A stretch of 64,000 nucleotides of DNA, taken from contig JAGCZS010000005.1 of NCBI GenBank assembly GCA_017959905.1, positions 22,676 through 86,675 on the forward strand. Direction: 5' to 3'. The notes beneath the pieces are model-generated. The model searched no databases and was not told the DNA's origin. It saw only the letters and a program-made list of their open reading frames with translations. The position numbers were made by a program, and so were the translations under genes. Shown here piece after piece: positions 28,299-38,738 of the stretch. Source of the stretch: Bacilli bacterium. Lineage in GTDB: Bacteria; Bacillota_I; Bacilli_A; RFN20; CAG-826. Position 1 is the first letter of the stretch; the number at the start of each line of letters is the position of its first letter.

Positions 28299-28415
28299 TT
28301 AACCTTGTCGTTGTTTGTGCTTTGGGTTTTTGCTGCAAATAACAGTTACCTTTCCGCGCCTATGTAAAATTCTACAATGTTCACAAATACATTTTACAGA
28401 TGATTTTACTTTCAT
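28299..28415 (-). CDS. rpmJ: 50S ribosomal protein L36
   Basis: Below the 60-aa track cutoff. Hand translation gives [38 protein letters not shown] (38 aa, Zn-ribbon Cys/His pattern), in the conserved position between infA and rpsM. Confidence 0.93.
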   Translation of the reverse strand: MKVKSSVKCICEHCRILHRRGKVTVICSKNPKHKQRQG

Positions 28416-28424
28416 TACTATTCC

Positions 28425-28637
28425 TCAAATTCTATAAACTATCCTACCATGTTCCAAATCATACATAGATAATTCTACTTTAACTTTATCTCCTGGAACA
28501 ATACGAATGTTATTCAATCTTATTTTTCCTGAAATTGTCGCTAAAATAGTCTTACCGTTTTCTAATTCTACTTGAAAAGCGTTTGGAAGCGCTTTTTTAA
28601 CAATCGCATTAATTTTAATTATATCTTGTTTTGGCAT
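28425..28637 (-). CDS. infA: Translation initiation factor IF-1
   Basis: 70-aa S1-like fold: ...[47 protein letters not shown]. Confidence 0.95.
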   Translation of the reverse strand: MPKQDIIKINAIVKKALPNAFQVELENGKTILATISGKIRLNNIRIVPGDKVKVELSMYDLEHGRIVYRI

Positions 28638-28653
28638 TTTTGTCCTTTTATTT

Positions 28654-29391
28654 TTATTTTGTTAAAATTTCATAACCGTCATTTGTTACTAATACTGTGT
28701 TTTCATAATGTGCCGATAACTTTCCGTCAAGCATTTTTACTGTCCAACCATCATTCAAAATTTTAACTTCGTTAGTTCCGGCGGCGATCATCGGTTCAAT
28801 AGCTAAACACATACCTTCACGTAAAATAACACCAGTGCCTTTAACGCCGTAATTAGGAATAAAAGGGGGTTCATGCAAATTTTTTCCTATGCCATGACCA
28901 GTAAAATCACGCGGAATACTAAATCCATTAGCTTGCGCGTGTTGTCCGATCGTATAAGAAATATCACCCAAATGAACTCCTGGTTTAATAAGATTAACAG
29001 CATTAAAAAAACATTCTTCGGCAATTTTTACAATTTTTTGAGCCTGATCGCTAACGTGACCGACAAAAAAAGTTCTACAAGCGTCAGTATAATAGCCTTT
29101 ATAAACAACACCAACATCAATAGACACTATATCGCCATCTTTTAAAAAAATATCTTTTTTAGGAATACCGTGAATTAAAGTGTCATTAATACTAATACAT
29201 ATACTTTCCGGAAAACCTTTGTAATTTAAAAACGCTGGCTCTCCTCCGTAATTTCTTATTATTTCTTCTGCTTTTTTAGATATTGCTAACGTCGAATTAC
29301 CAATAATGCAAAACTCTTTAATTTCTTTTAAAACATTACTCAGAATGTTTCCAGACAAGCGCATAAGAGATATTTCACTGCTATTTAACAT
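28654..29391 (-). CDS. map: Methionine aminopeptidase, type I
   Basis: Metal-ligand context [42 protein letters not shown]. Confidence 0.94.
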   Translation of the reverse strand: MLNSSEISLMRLSGNILSNVLKEIKEFCIIGNSTLAISKKAEEIIRNYGGEPAFLNYKGFPESICISINDTLIHGIPKKDIFLKDGDIVSIDVGVVYKGYYTDACRTFFVGHVSDQAQKIVKIAEECFFNAVNLIKPGVHLGDISYTIGQHAQANGFSIPRDFTGHGIGKNLHEPPFIPNYGVKGTGVILREGMCLAIEPMIAAGTNEVKILNDGWTVKMLDGKLSAHYENTVLVTNDGYEILTK

Positions 29392-29392
29392 T

Positions 29393-30040
29393 TTAATCGA
29401 CTATTTTTTCTATATTTTTTATTATATTGTCCGTATTCATTGAACCATCAATATTTACAATTAGATAATTATTATTTTCATAGAAATCAATTATCTTTTT
29501 AAAATTATCATCATATATTTTTAAACGTTTATTAAACGTCTTCTCATTATCATCATTTCTTTTAGTTAATGGAGATTGGCAAACATCACAAATATCAAAA
29601 ATTTTTGGTTTACGAAAAATTAAATTATAAGATGAGCCGCATTTTTTACAAACTTGTCGATAAAAAAATCTTTTTTTTAATATTTCTGGTTCAACAAAAA
29701 TATTAATAACATAATTAACTTTTAAATATGTGTTCATTGAAAGTTTATGAAATTGTTTTGCTTGCTCTACGGTACGAGGAAAACCGTCTAAAATATATCC
29801 ATCTTTACAATCATCATTTTTTAAGCGATTCATAATAACATCGATTATTAAGCCATCAGGCACCAAAACACCTTGGTTCATAAATTTTTTAATCATTAGA
29901 CCAGTTTTATCATTTTTTTCTATCATAGCGGTTAAAAGATTGCCGACAGAAATATGAGGAATTTTGCATTTATTTGTTAAAATTTTTGAAATTGTCCCTT
30001 TTCCTGATGCTGGCGCGCCAATTAAAACAATATTTTTCAT
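29393..30040 (-). CDS. adk: Adenylate kinase (Zn-lid type)
   Basis: P-loop GAPASGKGT, ILDGFPRT, lid CKKCGSSYN...CDVCQSPL. Confidence 0.95.
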   Translation of the reverse strand: MKNIVLIGAPASGKGTISKILTNKCKIPHISVGNLLTAMIEKNDKTGLMIKKFMNQGVLVPDGLIIDVIMNRLKNDDCKDGYILDGFPRTVEQAKQFHKLSMNTYLKVNYVINIFVEPEILKKRFFYRQVCKKCGSSYNLIFRKPKIFDICDVCQSPLTKRNDDNEKTFNKRLKIYDDNFKKIIDFYENNNYLIVNIDGSMNTDNIIKNIEKIVD

Positions 30041-31395
30041 CTAAATAATTTCCTAATTTCAGCTGGCGCTTCTTTTGTTGCTTTATCAGCAGCTAATAAT
30101 CCGTTAATTTGTGCGTGCAATTCAATAGCAACACCAACAATAATAATAAGTGATGTTCCGCCAAGCGATAAACTTATTTCGTTATCTCCAAAAACTCTCA
30201 ATAATGTTAAAACTACTGGTAAACCAGCAATAAAAGCTAAAAAAAATGCACCTAAAAAAGTAACACGGTTTATAACTTGTGTAATATAATTGGCCGTTTC
30301 TTTTCCTGGTCTAATTCCAGGTATATATGAAGCATTTTTTTGAAGATCTTCAGATAATTGTTCTGGCGAAAAATGAAGATTAGCATAAAAAAAGCAAAAA
30401 GAAATTACTAAAAACATATACATAATTAACCCAACTGGTATTCGAAAGTTAAAAATAGTTGTAAATTCATTATAAGAAAAAATGCTTAACCAACGGCTAT
30501 CGCCTAGTTCTGGGGAAATTAAATTAGCAATAACTGACGGTGTTGACATAAAAGAACTAGCAAAAATAACTGGCATAACACCAGCAGAATTTATTTTAAT
30601 TGGCAAAAATGCCACATTACTTTCTTTATTGATGCTCTTAATTGTATATTGAATTGGAACGTGTCGTTTACTTAACTCAACAAAAACAACAAAAATAATA
30701 ATTAATAAGAAAAATAACATATACATTATAAAGCTAGCAACGCCTTCTAAAACCAGGTTATTAACACCATAAAAACGTTTTATAAATAACCATTTCACCA
30801 TTGATAATTTCAAACGAGTTGGTAAATTAGCAACACAGCCAGCAAAAATAATATTTGAAATACCATTCCCTAAACCTTTAGCAGTTAATTGATCACCTAA
30901 CCAAATCATAAACATTGTTCCGGAGACAATAATAATAATCGTATTTAAATAACCGGCAAAATTACTTTGATATGAAATTAATTGTTTATTTTCCATCATT
31001 CGAATAACGCCTAAAGCTTGAACGGCTGCGATTAATAATGTCAAAAATCTTATAGCTTTCTCATTTTCTTTTCTTCCTTGTTCACCTTTTTTTGATAATT
31101 CACCGACAGCTGGTAAAATTCCTTTGCCTAACAATTGAACAACTATTTGCGATGTTATATATGGCGACACTCCTAAAGCGATTATGGAAAAATTTTGCAA
31201 ACCTCCACCGCCTAATAGATTGATCAAACTTAAAACATCAGCTTTTTGTAGCTCATTATTTATTGTTTCTGAAAGAATAATGCCCGGTATTTTAATAATC
31301 GCGCAAATTCGAATTATTAAAAAAACAAAAATCATAAAAAAAATACGCAAGCGTATTTCTTTGTTTTTTAAAATACCGATTATTTTATCAAACAT
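30037..31395 (-). CDS. secY: Preprotein translocase subunit SecY
   Basis: 452-aa polytopic membrane protein in the canonical position. Motifs: ...LGVSPYITSQIVVQLL..., GTSLIIIVGVA. Confidence 0.95.
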   Translation of the reverse strand: MFDKIIGILKNKEIRLRIFFMIFVFLIIRICAIIKIPGIILSETINNELQKADVLSLINLLGGGGLQNFSIIALGVSPYITSQIVVQLLGKGILPAVGELSKKGEQGRKENEKAIRFLTLLIAAVQALGVIRMMENKQLISYQSNFAGYLNTIIIIVSGTMFMIWLGDQLTAKGLGNGISNIIFAGCVANLPTRLKLSMVKWLFIKRFYGVNNLVLEGVASFIMYMLFFLLIIIFVVFVELSKRHVPIQYTIKSINKESNVAFLPIKINSAGVMPVIFASSFMSTPSVIANLISPELGDSRWLSIFSYNEFTTIFNFRIPVGLIMYMFLVISFCFFYANLHFSPEQLSEDLQKNASYIPGIRPGKETANYITQVINRVTFLGAFFLAFIAGLPVVLTLLRVFGDNEISLSLGGTSLIIIVGVAIELHAQINGLLAADKATKEAPAEIRKLFR

Positions 31396-31401
31396 CTATG
31401 G

Positions 31402-31875
31402 TTATTTCGCTTCCTTGATTTTAATTGCTCCACCAAGATTTTTTATCTTATTTTCAGCATTTTTACTAATCTTTATTTTATCTGTATCGATGCTGATTTT
31501 TTTTTCTAATTTTCCTTTTCCTAAAATTTTAATAAACCTAATAAATTTACATTTTTTTATTATTTTCTTTTGTTTTAGTGAATCTATATTAACCATATCC
31601 CCGTCATTAAATTTCTTATTTAAAACGTTTACATTAATAATAAAAGACTGATTTCTATTTTTATTTTGTTCATAATGAAAAAAACCAAATTTTGGAACGC
31701 GCCTATAAAGTGGTAATTGACCGCCTTCGAAACCTAATTTCATATGACCAGATCTGGCGCGTTGGCCTTTATGACCTTTACCGCAAGTTTTGCCAATTCC
31801 GCTACCAATTCCACGCCCTTTAATTGAACGTTTTTTAGTACTATTTTTGCTCTTTTTTAATTGATGCAATTTCAT
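31402..31875 (-). CDS. rplO: 50S ribosomal protein L15
   Basis: MKLHQLK...[24 protein letters not shown]. The start overlaps the rpsE 3' end by 35 nt. Confidence 0.95.
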   Translation of the reverse strand: MKLHQLKKSKNSTKKRSIKGRGIGSGIGKTCGKGHKGQRARSGHMKLGFEGGQLPLYRRVPKFGFFHYEQNKNRNQSFIINVNVLNKKFNDGDMVNIDSLKQKKIIKKCKFIRFIKILGKGKLEKKISIDTDKIKISKNAENKIKNLGGAIKIKEAK

Positions 31876-32410
31876 TTGTATTTGTCCTTATATAAAAAAG
31901 TTTATTTAATTTTTGAAGTGCTCTATGTGTTGCCTCAACAACGTTTTTTGAATTTCTAGAACCATAAATTTTAGAAACAACGTTTTTAAAACCTGCTAAT
32001 TCTAACACAGCCCTAACAACACTGCCTGCTATTATGCCTGTTCCATCACGAGCTGGACATAAAATAACTTTTGTCGATTTAAATTTATAACTAACTTTAT
32101 CAACAACACTTAAATTTTTTTTATTAATTAAAGCTGTATGCATTTGTCTTGCGGCTAAACGTGAAGATTTTTTTATTGCGCCTGAAGCTTCAGCGTTTTT
32201 TGCACTTGCAAAACCATATTTGCCTTTTAAATCGCCAACAACAACTAACGACCTAAAACGAAGCTTACGACCACCCTCAGTTGTTTTAGAAATGCGCTGT
32301 ATAGTTAAAATACGCTCTTCTAAAGCTAACTTATTTTCTTTGTTCTCGCTATTATCAAATTTATTTTTATTAATTTGCTTATTATTTTTTTTATCTAATT
32401 CGTCAGCCAT
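31841..32410 (-). CDS. rpsE: 30S ribosomal protein S5
   Basis: dsRBD-like ...[25 protein letters not shown]... and [18 protein letters not shown]. Has an N-terminal K/N-rich extension. Confidence 0.95.
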   Translation of the reverse strand: MADELDKKNNKQINKNKFDNSENKENKLALEERILTIQRISKTTEGGRKLRFRSLVVVGDLKGKYGFASAKNAEASGAIKKSSRLAARQMHTALINKKNLSVVDKVSYKFKSTKVILCPARDGTGIIAGSVVRAVLELAGFKNVVSKIYGSRNSKNVVEATHRALQKLNKLFYIRTNTNEIASIKKEQK

Positions 32411-32418
32411 ATTTTACC

Positions 32419-32757
32419 CTAAAATTCTAATCCTGCTTCTCTTGCTTTATCAGCGATGCATTTAATTCTGCCATAGTAACAATAACCATTTTTGTCAAAA
32501 ATAACCTTTTTTATTCCTTTTTCGATGCATAATTTGCCTATTTCTTTTCCGATCTTTTCCGCGACAGCCATATTTACATTATGAGCATCTATTGTTTTAG
32601 AATGACACGAGACTAAAGTTTTACCGCTTTGATCATCAATAACTTGAATAAAAAAATATCTATTGGATCGAAAAACAACCAAACGCGGTATTTCGCTGCT
32701 GCCTTTCATTTGCGATCTTTTATGGCGTTGTAAACGTTTTTTATTGCGTGATTTCAT
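32419..32757 (-). CDS. rplR: 50S ribosomal protein L18
   Basis: PRLVVFRSNRYFFIQVIDD..., YYGRIKCIADKAREAGLEF. Confidence 0.95.
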   Translation of the reverse strand: MKSRNKKRLQRHKRSQMKGSSEIPRLVVFRSNRYFFIQVIDDQSGKTLVSCHSKTIDAHNVNMAVAEKIGKEIGKLCIEKGIKKVIFDKNGYCYYGRIKCIADKAREAGLEF

Positions 32758-32771
32758 ATTTTTAACCTTGT

Positions 32772-33329
32772 CTACTTAGCTTTTACGACACTAGAAGATT
32801 CTGTTCTTTTTCCAACGCGTGTTGCAACATGCTCATTAACATATCTTATACCATTACCTTTATATGGATCTGGCTTACGTTGTCTTCGTATAATAGCCGC
32901 TTGTTCTCCTACGAGTTGTTTATTAATGCCAGTTACAGTTATTATATTATTATCGCAAGTAATTTTAATTCCTTCTTTAGGAATAAGAGTAATGCTTTTA
33001 GAAAAACCAACATTTAAAACTAATTTATTATTTTCTATGTTTGCTGTATAACCAGTGCCTCTAACTTCCAATTCTTTTTTGAAAAGATTTGAAACGCCAT
33101 ATACAGCATTATTAATATGCGTTCTTATTGTTCCATGCATTTCTTTTGCTGCTTTTGTATCGTTTAAACGTTTAACGAAAACTTCATTATCTTGTATTTC
33201 GCAAACGATATTTTTTGGCAATTTAACTAACAACCGACCATGTTGGCCTTTAATTTCGACGTTATTGTCGACCTTAGTCAAACTAACGCCATTTGGTATT
33301 TTAATAACTCTTGAACCTATTCGAGACAT
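32772..33329 (-). CDS. rplF: 50S ribosomal protein L6
   Basis: MSRIGSRVIKIPNGV..., RKPDPYKGNGIRY. Confidence 0.95.
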   Translation of the reverse strand: MSRIGSRVIKIPNGVSLTKVDNNVEIKGQHGRLLVKLPKNIVCEIQDNEVFVKRLNDTKAAKEMHGTIRTHINNAVYGVSNLFKKELEVRGTGYTANIENNKLVLNVGFSKSITLIPKEGIKITCDNNIITVTGINKQLVGEQAAIIRRQRKPDPYKGNGIRYVNEHVATRVGKRTESSSVVKAK

Positions 33330-33356
33330 AAAACTCCATTATCTTTTTTTTAAATT

Positions 33357-33752
33357 TTACCAAACACGCCCTAAAATTTCACCGCCAATTTTCATTTTTT
33401 TGGCTTCCTGACTCGTCATAATCCCTTTGTTTGTGGAAATAATTTCAAAACCTAAAAAATTATTATGCATTTTTTTATACCCTGTATTAACTCTTAAACC
33501 AGGTTTTGACACTCTGGCGATACCAGAAATAACACTTACTTTTGCTGAGCCTCGCAACAAATACTTAAGTTGCAATACTAATCTTTTTTTATTATTAAAA
33601 ATGTTTTTAACGTAATAATCCGCTATTACATTTTTATTTTTTAAAACTTTAGATACGGCTTCTTTTTCTTTGCTATATGGAACATTTACCTCGCTTTTTT
33701 TCAAAATAATAGCATTACGAATAGTAGTGAACATATTCCCTATAGAATCCAT
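33357..33752 (-). CDS. rpsH: 30S ribosomal protein S8
   Basis: DSIGNMFTTIRNA..., C-terminus KIGGEILGRVW. Confidence 0.95.
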   Translation of the reverse strand: MDSIGNMFTTIRNAIILKKSEVNVPYSKEKEAVSKVLKNKNVIADYYVKNIFNNKKRLVLQLKYLLRGSAKVSVISGIARVSKPGLRVNTGYKKMHNNFLGFEIISTNKGIMTSQEAKKMKIGGEILGRVW

Positions 33753-33786
33753 AATCTTTTCTCCATATTATTTTATATATTTGATA

Positions 33787-33972
33787 TTACCACGAACTTT
33801 TTTTAATGCCCGGTATTTTTCCTTCAGAGGCTAAGTGGCGAAAACAAATTCGACACATTCTAAATTCCCTAATTACTGAACGCGATCGCCCACAATACTG
33901 GCAACGCAAATATTCTCGCACTTTAAATTTTTGTTTTTTGTTACATTTTACTTTTAAGCTTTTTTTGGCCAT
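33787..33972 (-). CDS. rpsN: 30S ribosomal protein S14, short zinc-binding (type Z) form
   Basis: 61 aa with [22 protein letters not shown] (CxxC...CxxC), ending PGIKKSSW. Confidence 0.95.
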   Translation of the reverse strand: MAKKSLKVKCNKKQKFKVREYLRCQYCGRSRSVIREFRMCRICFRHLASEGKIPGIKKSSW

Positions 33973-33981
33973 AATTTTTTC

Positions 33982-34632
33982 TTATATTTTCTCCTCATAA
34001 AACGGCATATTAATTTGTTTTAATAATTCTCTACCCTCTTCGTCTGTTTTGGCTGTTGTAACAATAATAATATCCATTCCCTGCGAAAATTTAACTAAAT
34101 CATAATTAATTTCCGGAAACACTAATTGATCGCGTATTCCTAAAGCGTAATTACCTCTTCCATCAAAAGATTTTGTATTTAATCCGCGAAAATCACGCAC
34201 ATGCGGCAATGTTATATTAATTAATTTATCTAAAAAACACAGCATTCTTTTTCTTCTTAAAGTAACTTTGCAACCGATCTCTTGCCCTTTTCGCAAATTA
34301 AAAGAAGCTATCGATTTTTTTGCCTTTGTAATTATTGGGCGTTGACCGGTAATTAATTGTAATTCTTCAAAAATACTATCAATTTTTTTAGATAAATCCT
34401 CCGATTTTTTAATACCAACATTAATTACTACTTTTTCCAATTTAGGCATTTGCATAACAGAATAATATTTAAATTTTTTCATAAAAAAGTCTTTTGAAGA
34501 CATCAGTTTTTCTTCTATATTGAGTATACGCTTATCATTGTTTTTAGCTTGTTTCTGCGGCTCCTCTAAAGAAATATTTTTGGTTACTTCTTTTACCGCT
34601 CCTTTTTTTACGCTTTTTTTAATTCTTGGCAT
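33982..34632 (-). CDS. rplE: 50S ribosomal protein L5 (with a basic N-terminal extension of about 40 aa)
   Basis: [46 protein letters not shown]. The ATG at 34632 has an AAGGA SD-like element. An alternative internal ATG at 34503 (MSSKDFF...) has a poorer SD. Confidence 0.9.
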   Translation of the reverse strand: MPRIKKSVKKGAVKEVTKNISLEEPQKQAKNNDKRILNIEEKLMSSKDFFMKKFKYYSVMQMPKLEKVVINVGIKKSEDLSKKIDSIFEELQLITGQRPIITKAKKSIASFNLRKGQEIGCKVTLRRKRMLCFLDKLINITLPHVRDFRGLNTKSFDGRGNYALGIRDQLVFPEINYDLVKFSQGMDIIIVTTAKTDEEGRELLKQINMPFYEEKI

Positions 34633-34957
34633 TTTTTATTCCTTTTTTAATAATATCTATTTTTTCTCCTGTTTTTTTATTTATTCGCCATTTTTCATCG
34701 CCAAAAAATTTGTAACCTATCTTACATCTTTGCTTTTTATTATTATCAAAAAAAGCAACATTTGATATATCTATTGGGGATTCAAATTCGTTTATTGAGC
34801 CGTTTAAATTTCTATTAGATTTTCTAAAACGTTTTAATTTATTTACATTTTCAACAACTACCTTATTTGATTTTGGCAACACTTTTAAAACGACGCCAAC
34901 ATCTCCTTTTTGTTTACCGGCAATTATCTGAACAAAATCATTTTTTTTAATCTTCAT
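34619..34957 (-). CDS. rplX: 50S ribosomal protein L24
   Basis: KOW motif [23 protein letters not shown]. Confidence 0.94.
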   Translation of the reverse strand: MKIKKNDFVQIIAGKQKGDVGVVLKVLPKSNKVVVENVNKLKRFRKSNRNLNGSINEFESPIDISNVAFFDNNKKQRCKIGYKFFGDEKWRINKKTGEKIDIIKKGIKNAKN

Positions 34958-34969
34958 AATTTCCTTTAA

Positions 34970-35335
34970 TTAATATACACATTCAGCACTAGAAACTATT
35001 TTTGAAAATTTTTTTTGTAGTTCTCTCGCGACCGGTCCAAATACACGATTGCCTACAGGTTCATTGTTATTATCAATAATAACACCAGCATTCTCATTAA
35101 AACTAATAAAAGAACCATCAGATCGTAAAAAATTTTTTTTAACACGTATTATTACAAGTTTAACCTTATCACTTTTTTTCACTTTACCGCCAGCGATAGA
35201 TGAAGTAACTGATCCGCCAACTATATCGCCAATTTCTGCATAACGATGTTTACTGCCAACATAAATTTGATACACGCGAACTAATTGCGCGCCAGAATTA
35301 TCAGCAACTTTTATAACCGTTCCTTTTTGAATCAT
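34970..35335 (-). CDS. rplN: 50S ribosomal protein L14
   Basis: MIQKGTVIKVADNSGAQLVRV..., GPVARELQKKFSKIVSSA. Confidence 0.96.
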   Translation of the reverse strand: MIQKGTVIKVADNSGAQLVRVYQIYVGSKHRYAEIGDIVGGSVTSSIAGGKVKKSDKVKLVIIRVKKNFLRSDGSFISFNENAGVIIDNNNEPVGNRVFGPVARELQKKFSKIVSSAECVY

Positions 35336-35338
35336 AAT

Positions 35339-35575
35339 TTAACCCTTTTTTTTAATTTCTACTAACTTAAATTTTTTTGTTTTTGAAAATGGCTTTGAAT
35401 CTGCAAAAACAACTTCATCACCAATTTTTGCACTATTTTTTTCATCATGAACATGAAATTTTTTTGTTTTTGTAATTATTTTTTTGTATTTTTTATGTTT
35501 TGCTCTTCGTTTTACGATGACAACAATTGTCTTATCCATTTTATCTGACACAACTTCACCTTGATATGTTTTCAT
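35339..35575 (-). CDS. rpsQ: 30S ribosomal protein S17
   Basis: ...GEVVSDKMDKTIVVIVKRRAKHKKYKKIITKTKKFHVHDE.. has the S17 pattern, and the gene is in the canonical position. Confidence 0.93.
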   Translation of the reverse strand: MKTYQGEVVSDKMDKTIVVIVKRRAKHKKYKKIITKTKKFHVHDEKNSAKIGDEVVFADSKPFSKTKKFKLVEIKKKG

Positions 35576-35786
35576 TTTTTAATTCCTTTTTGGTTTTTTT
35601 AATAGATCTTGCTCTTAATATGTTTAATATTCTAGAAATATCTTTTCTAAAATTATTATTTTTTAATAAAGTTGTTTCTTTACCTGTAGCTCTATTAACG
35701 CGATATTTCAAATACGCTTCTTGAAGATTTAATAATTTATCTTTAAGTTCTTTTGTATTAAACTTATTAAAATTATTTTTTTTCAT
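35556..35786 (-). CDS. rpmC: 50S ribosomal protein L29
   Basis: ...TKELKDKLLNLQEAYLKYRVNRATGKETTLLKNNNFRKDISRILNIL has the L29 helical-hairpin pattern, and the gene sits between rplP and rpsQ. Confidence 0.9.
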   Translation of the reverse strand: MKKNNFNKFNTKELKDKLLNLQEAYLKYRVNRATGKETTLLKNNNFRKDISRILNILRARSIKKTKKELKNENISR

Positions 35787-35794
35787 ATTTACAC

Positions 35795-36211
35795 CTAATT
35801 TTGTTTTTTCTCCAAAAATCCAGTTCTGAATGGTAATTTATAGCCACACTGACGCAATATCGCTTTCGCTTTTGATAACGAAACACCACTTATTTCAACG
35901 ACAATAGTTCCATTACAAACTGGCGCATAAAAAAAATCTTGCATACCTTTTCCGGATCCTTGTCGTACACCGTCAGCTTTCTTAGTTTGAGCCATTTGTG
36001 GAAAAACCCTAAACCAATATCTCCCATTTCTCACAAATTCCTTCGCTAAAAGCATTCTAATTGCTTCTAAATGTTTAGACGCAACCGATCCGCTTTCGCA
36101 GGAAAACAAAGCATAATCACCAAAGGCAATTTTATTACAAGTGGTTGCTTTGCCTCTATATATTACTTTATGCGGTTTTAAAAATTTTGTTTTTTTTGGT
36201 TGAAATAGCAC
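35795..36211 (-). CDS. rplP: 50S ribosomal protein L16
   Basis: MLFQPKKTKFLKPHK...RVFPQMAQTKKADGVRQGSGKG. Confidence 0.96.
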   Translation of the reverse strand: MLFQPKKTKFLKPHKVIYRGKATTCNKIAFGDYALFSCESGSVASKHLEAIRMLLAKEFVRNGRYWFRVFPQMAQTKKADGVRQGSGKGMQDFFYAPVCNGTIVVEISGVSLSKAKAILRQCGYKLPFRTGFLEKKQN

Positions 36212-36213
36212 TT

Positions 36214-36894
36214 TTACTGCTCCTTGCCTAATTGTTTAGAAAATTTCTTTTTTGCATTATCATCTAAAAAAAGCCAAACTTTAACTCCGATTTTTCCATA
36301 ACTCATTTGAGCTTCGGCAAAACCATAAGTGATATTTTTGGATAATGTCTGCAATGGCAACGGCCCATCGTGTTGAAGATTGGAACGCGCTATTTCTGCG
36401 CCACCTAATCGACCGCATACGCTAATTTTACAACCCTTAGCACCGTTTATCATAGCATATCTCATTGCTCTTCGTTGAGCGATACGAAAACTGACTCTTT
36501 TTTCTAATTCTCGAGCAATTTTTACAGCAACAATTTTAGCATCTACAAAAGGATTTTCGACTTTAATAATATTTAACACAAAATCCCTATTTAACATTTT
36601 CTTTAATTTTTCTTTTAAAATATTTTGTTTTTCATTATTCTGACCTACAAGCAAGCTTGGTGAAACAACATAAATTGATATTATTAAATCAAAATCCCCT
36701 GTTGTTTTTTTTGGCCTATCAATTTCAATGCGTGACAATACAGCGGAATAACATTCTTTTTCGCATAATTGTCTAATTTTGTAATCTTCCAATAAAAAAA
36801 TAGCTTTTTTTTCTTTATCGTTCGTGTGCCATCGAGACAAAAAAATATTATTAAGCGATCTTCTAAAAAGATTTGGATTAATTTTTTTGCCCAT
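36214..36894 (-). CDS. rpsC: 30S ribosomal protein S3
   Basis: MGKKINPNLFR..., KH domain, GAKGCKISVCGRLGGAEIARS. Confidence 0.96.
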   Translation of the reverse strand: MGKKINPNLFRRSLNNIFLSRWHTNDKEKKAIFLLEDYKIRQLCEKECYSAVLSRIEIDRPKKTTGDFDLIISIYVVSPSLLVGQNNEKQNILKEKLKKMLNRDFVLNIIKVENPFVDAKIVAVKIARELEKRVSFRIAQRRAMRYAMINGAKGCKISVCGRLGGAEIARSNLQHDGPLPLQTLSKNITYGFAEAQMSYGKIGVKVWLFLDDNAKKKFSKQLGKEQ

Positions 36895-37246
36895 CGTCTT
36901 GAACCTCTTTTACAAAAACACTAATATGGCTTGTTCTTTTAATTATAGAAACACCATTTCCTTTCGCTCTCGGTCTCATTCTTTTTAGTCTAACGCCGTC
37001 ATTAACAAAAATAGAACTAATATATAACTTATCACTATTCATTTTTAAATTATTTACAGCATTACCAGAAGCGCTGTTTATAGCCTTTAAAATATCATTT
37101 GCACATTTTTTATTAGTATTGCCGTTTTTTAAAATAGCTAATGCATCGCTAACTTTTCGACCACGTACTAAATCTATTATTAAACGTGCTTTTCTCGGGG
37201 CTACTCTAACATTTTTAATTACGGCGACTGCTGCTTTGCTTTCCAT
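36878..37246 (-). CDS. rplV: 50S ribosomal protein L22
   Basis: ...VRVAPRKARLIIDLVRGRKVSDALAILK..., RMRPRAKGNGVSIIKRTSHISV. Confidence 0.95.
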   Translation of the reverse strand: MESKAAVAVIKNVRVAPRKARLIIDLVRGRKVSDALAILKNGNTNKKCANDILKAINSASGNAVNNLKMNSDKLYISSIFVNDGVRLKRMRPRAKGNGVSIIKRTSHISVFVKEVQDDGQKN

Positions 37247-37252
37247 TCTTTT

Positions 37253-37570
37253 TTAACCTTTTGCATTATTATTAGTTGTATTCTTTGTAGTACTTTCGTT
37301 TTTATTACCTGAATGTTTCCTGAAAGTGCGAGTTGGCGAAAATTCTCCTAATTTATGGCCAACCATATCTTCTCTAATTGTAACAGGAATAAAAACATGA
37401 CCATTATAAACTTCAAATTTATGTCCTATAAATTCAGGATAAATTGTGCTTCTTCTGCTCCATGTTTTTATGACTTGTTTTTTACCGGTCTTATTCATGT
37501 CTTTAACACGTTTAATTAAATAATCGTCTACAAAAAAAACTGCTTTATCTTTTTTTATATTTTTGCCCAT
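37253..37570 (-). CDS. rpsS: 30S ribosomal protein S19
   Basis: [49 protein letters not shown]. Confidence 0.96.
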   Translation of the reverse strand: MGKNIKKDKAVFFVDDYLIKRVKDMNKTGKKQVIKTWSRRSTIYPEFIGHKFEVYNGHVFIPVTIREDMVGHKLGEFSPTRTFRKHSGNKNESTTKNTTNNNAKG

Positions 37571-37578
37571 TTTATTTT

Positions 37579-38412
37579 TTATCTTCCTCTTGTTCTATGC
37601 CTAATAATAAATTGTTCTGATTTTTTTTTCTTTTTGCGTGTTTTAACTCCTAAAAATCTTTTTCCCCAAATTGTTCTGGGCGCGTCTCGTCCAATAGGAC
37701 AACGCCCTTCACCGCCTCCGTGCGGATGATCAACAGGATTCATAGCACTACCTCTAACAGTCGGTCTAATTCCTAAATGCCTACTTTGACCTGCTTTGCC
37801 TTTTTTTATAAGTGCATAATCTTCATTACCAACCATTCCCACAGTAGCGCGACATTTTCCTAAAATTTTTCTTATTTCTCCGCTAGATAAGCGAATAATT
37901 ACATATTTGCCTTCTTTACTTAAAATTTGCGCCCCCGTACCAGCTGAGCGGCATAATTGTCCACCTTTACCGATAGATAATTCTATGTTGTGAACAAATG
38001 TTCCATCAAGAATATTATTTAACTCCATAGAATTTCCTTCTTTAACTTCTGTTTTAGAACCACTTAAAATAATATCGCCAACCTTAATATTTCTAGGGGC
38101 TATTATATAACGCTTTTCTCCGTCAACGTAGTTAATCAAGCAAATATTTGCGCTTCTATTTGGATCATATTCAATTGTTGCTACTTTACCAGGTATATTA
38201 TCCTTATTACGTTTAAAATCAATAATGCGATAATTTCGTTTATTGCCGCCACCGATGTGACGCATTGTAATAATACCGCGATTATTTCTGCCGCCTGTTT
38301 TTTTTAATGGAGTTGTTAATTTCTTGTACGGTTTTTTTGCTGTAACATTATGTATTAAATTAACTCTATGTCTTATACCTGGAGTTGTTGGTTTAAATTT
38401 TCTTAATGGCAT
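37579..38412 (-). CDS. rplB: 50S ribosomal protein L2
   Basis: ...[20 protein letters not shown]..., [14 protein letters not shown]. Confidence 0.97.
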   Translation of the reverse strand: MPLRKFKPTTPGIRHRVNLIHNVTAKKPYKKLTTPLKKTGGRNNRGIITMRHIGGGNKRNYRIIDFKRNKDNIPGKVATIEYDPNRSANICLINYVDGEKRYIIAPRNIKVGDIILSGSKTEVKEGNSMELNNILDGTFVHNIELSIGKGGQLCRSAGTGAQILSKEGKYVIIRLSSGEIRKILGKCRATVGMVGNEDYALIKKGKAGQSRHLGIRPTVRGSAMNPVDHPHGGGEGRCPIGRDAPRTIWGKRFLGVKTRKKKKKSEQFIIRHRTRGR

Positions 38413-38427
38413 TTTCTATTCCTTTTT

Positions 38428-38730
38428 TTATTCAAATAAATCTATTTTTTGATCTTTAGCTAAGGTTATAATCGCTTTTTTAAAATTAAGCGTTTTTGTT
38501 TTTAATCGTTTAGGACCTCTATATTTAGTTTTTCCTTTTACATTTATAATATTTACGGAAAGAACTTTTGCATTAAAAACATCTTGAAAAGCTTTTTTTA
38601 TTGCTTTTTTATTAGCGTCGTTTTTGACTCTTAAAACAATTTTATTATCTCGCTTTAATAAAGTTGTTTTTTCAGTAATAATTGGCGATAACAATATTTT
38701 TAAACTATCAATTTTACTAGTCAAACGCAT
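38428..38730 (-). CDS. rplW: 50S ribosomal protein L23
   Basis: ...LSPIITEKTTLLKRDNKIVLRVKNDANKKAIKKAFQDVFNAKVLSVNI has the L23 pattern, and the gene is in the canonical position. Confidence 0.93.
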   Translation of the reverse strand: MRLTSKIDSLKILLSPIITEKTTLLKRDNKIVLRVKNDANKKAIKKAFQDVFNAKVLSVNIINVKGKTKYRGPKRLKTKTLNFKKAIITLAKDQKIDLFE

Positions 38731-38738
38731 ATTTTTCC

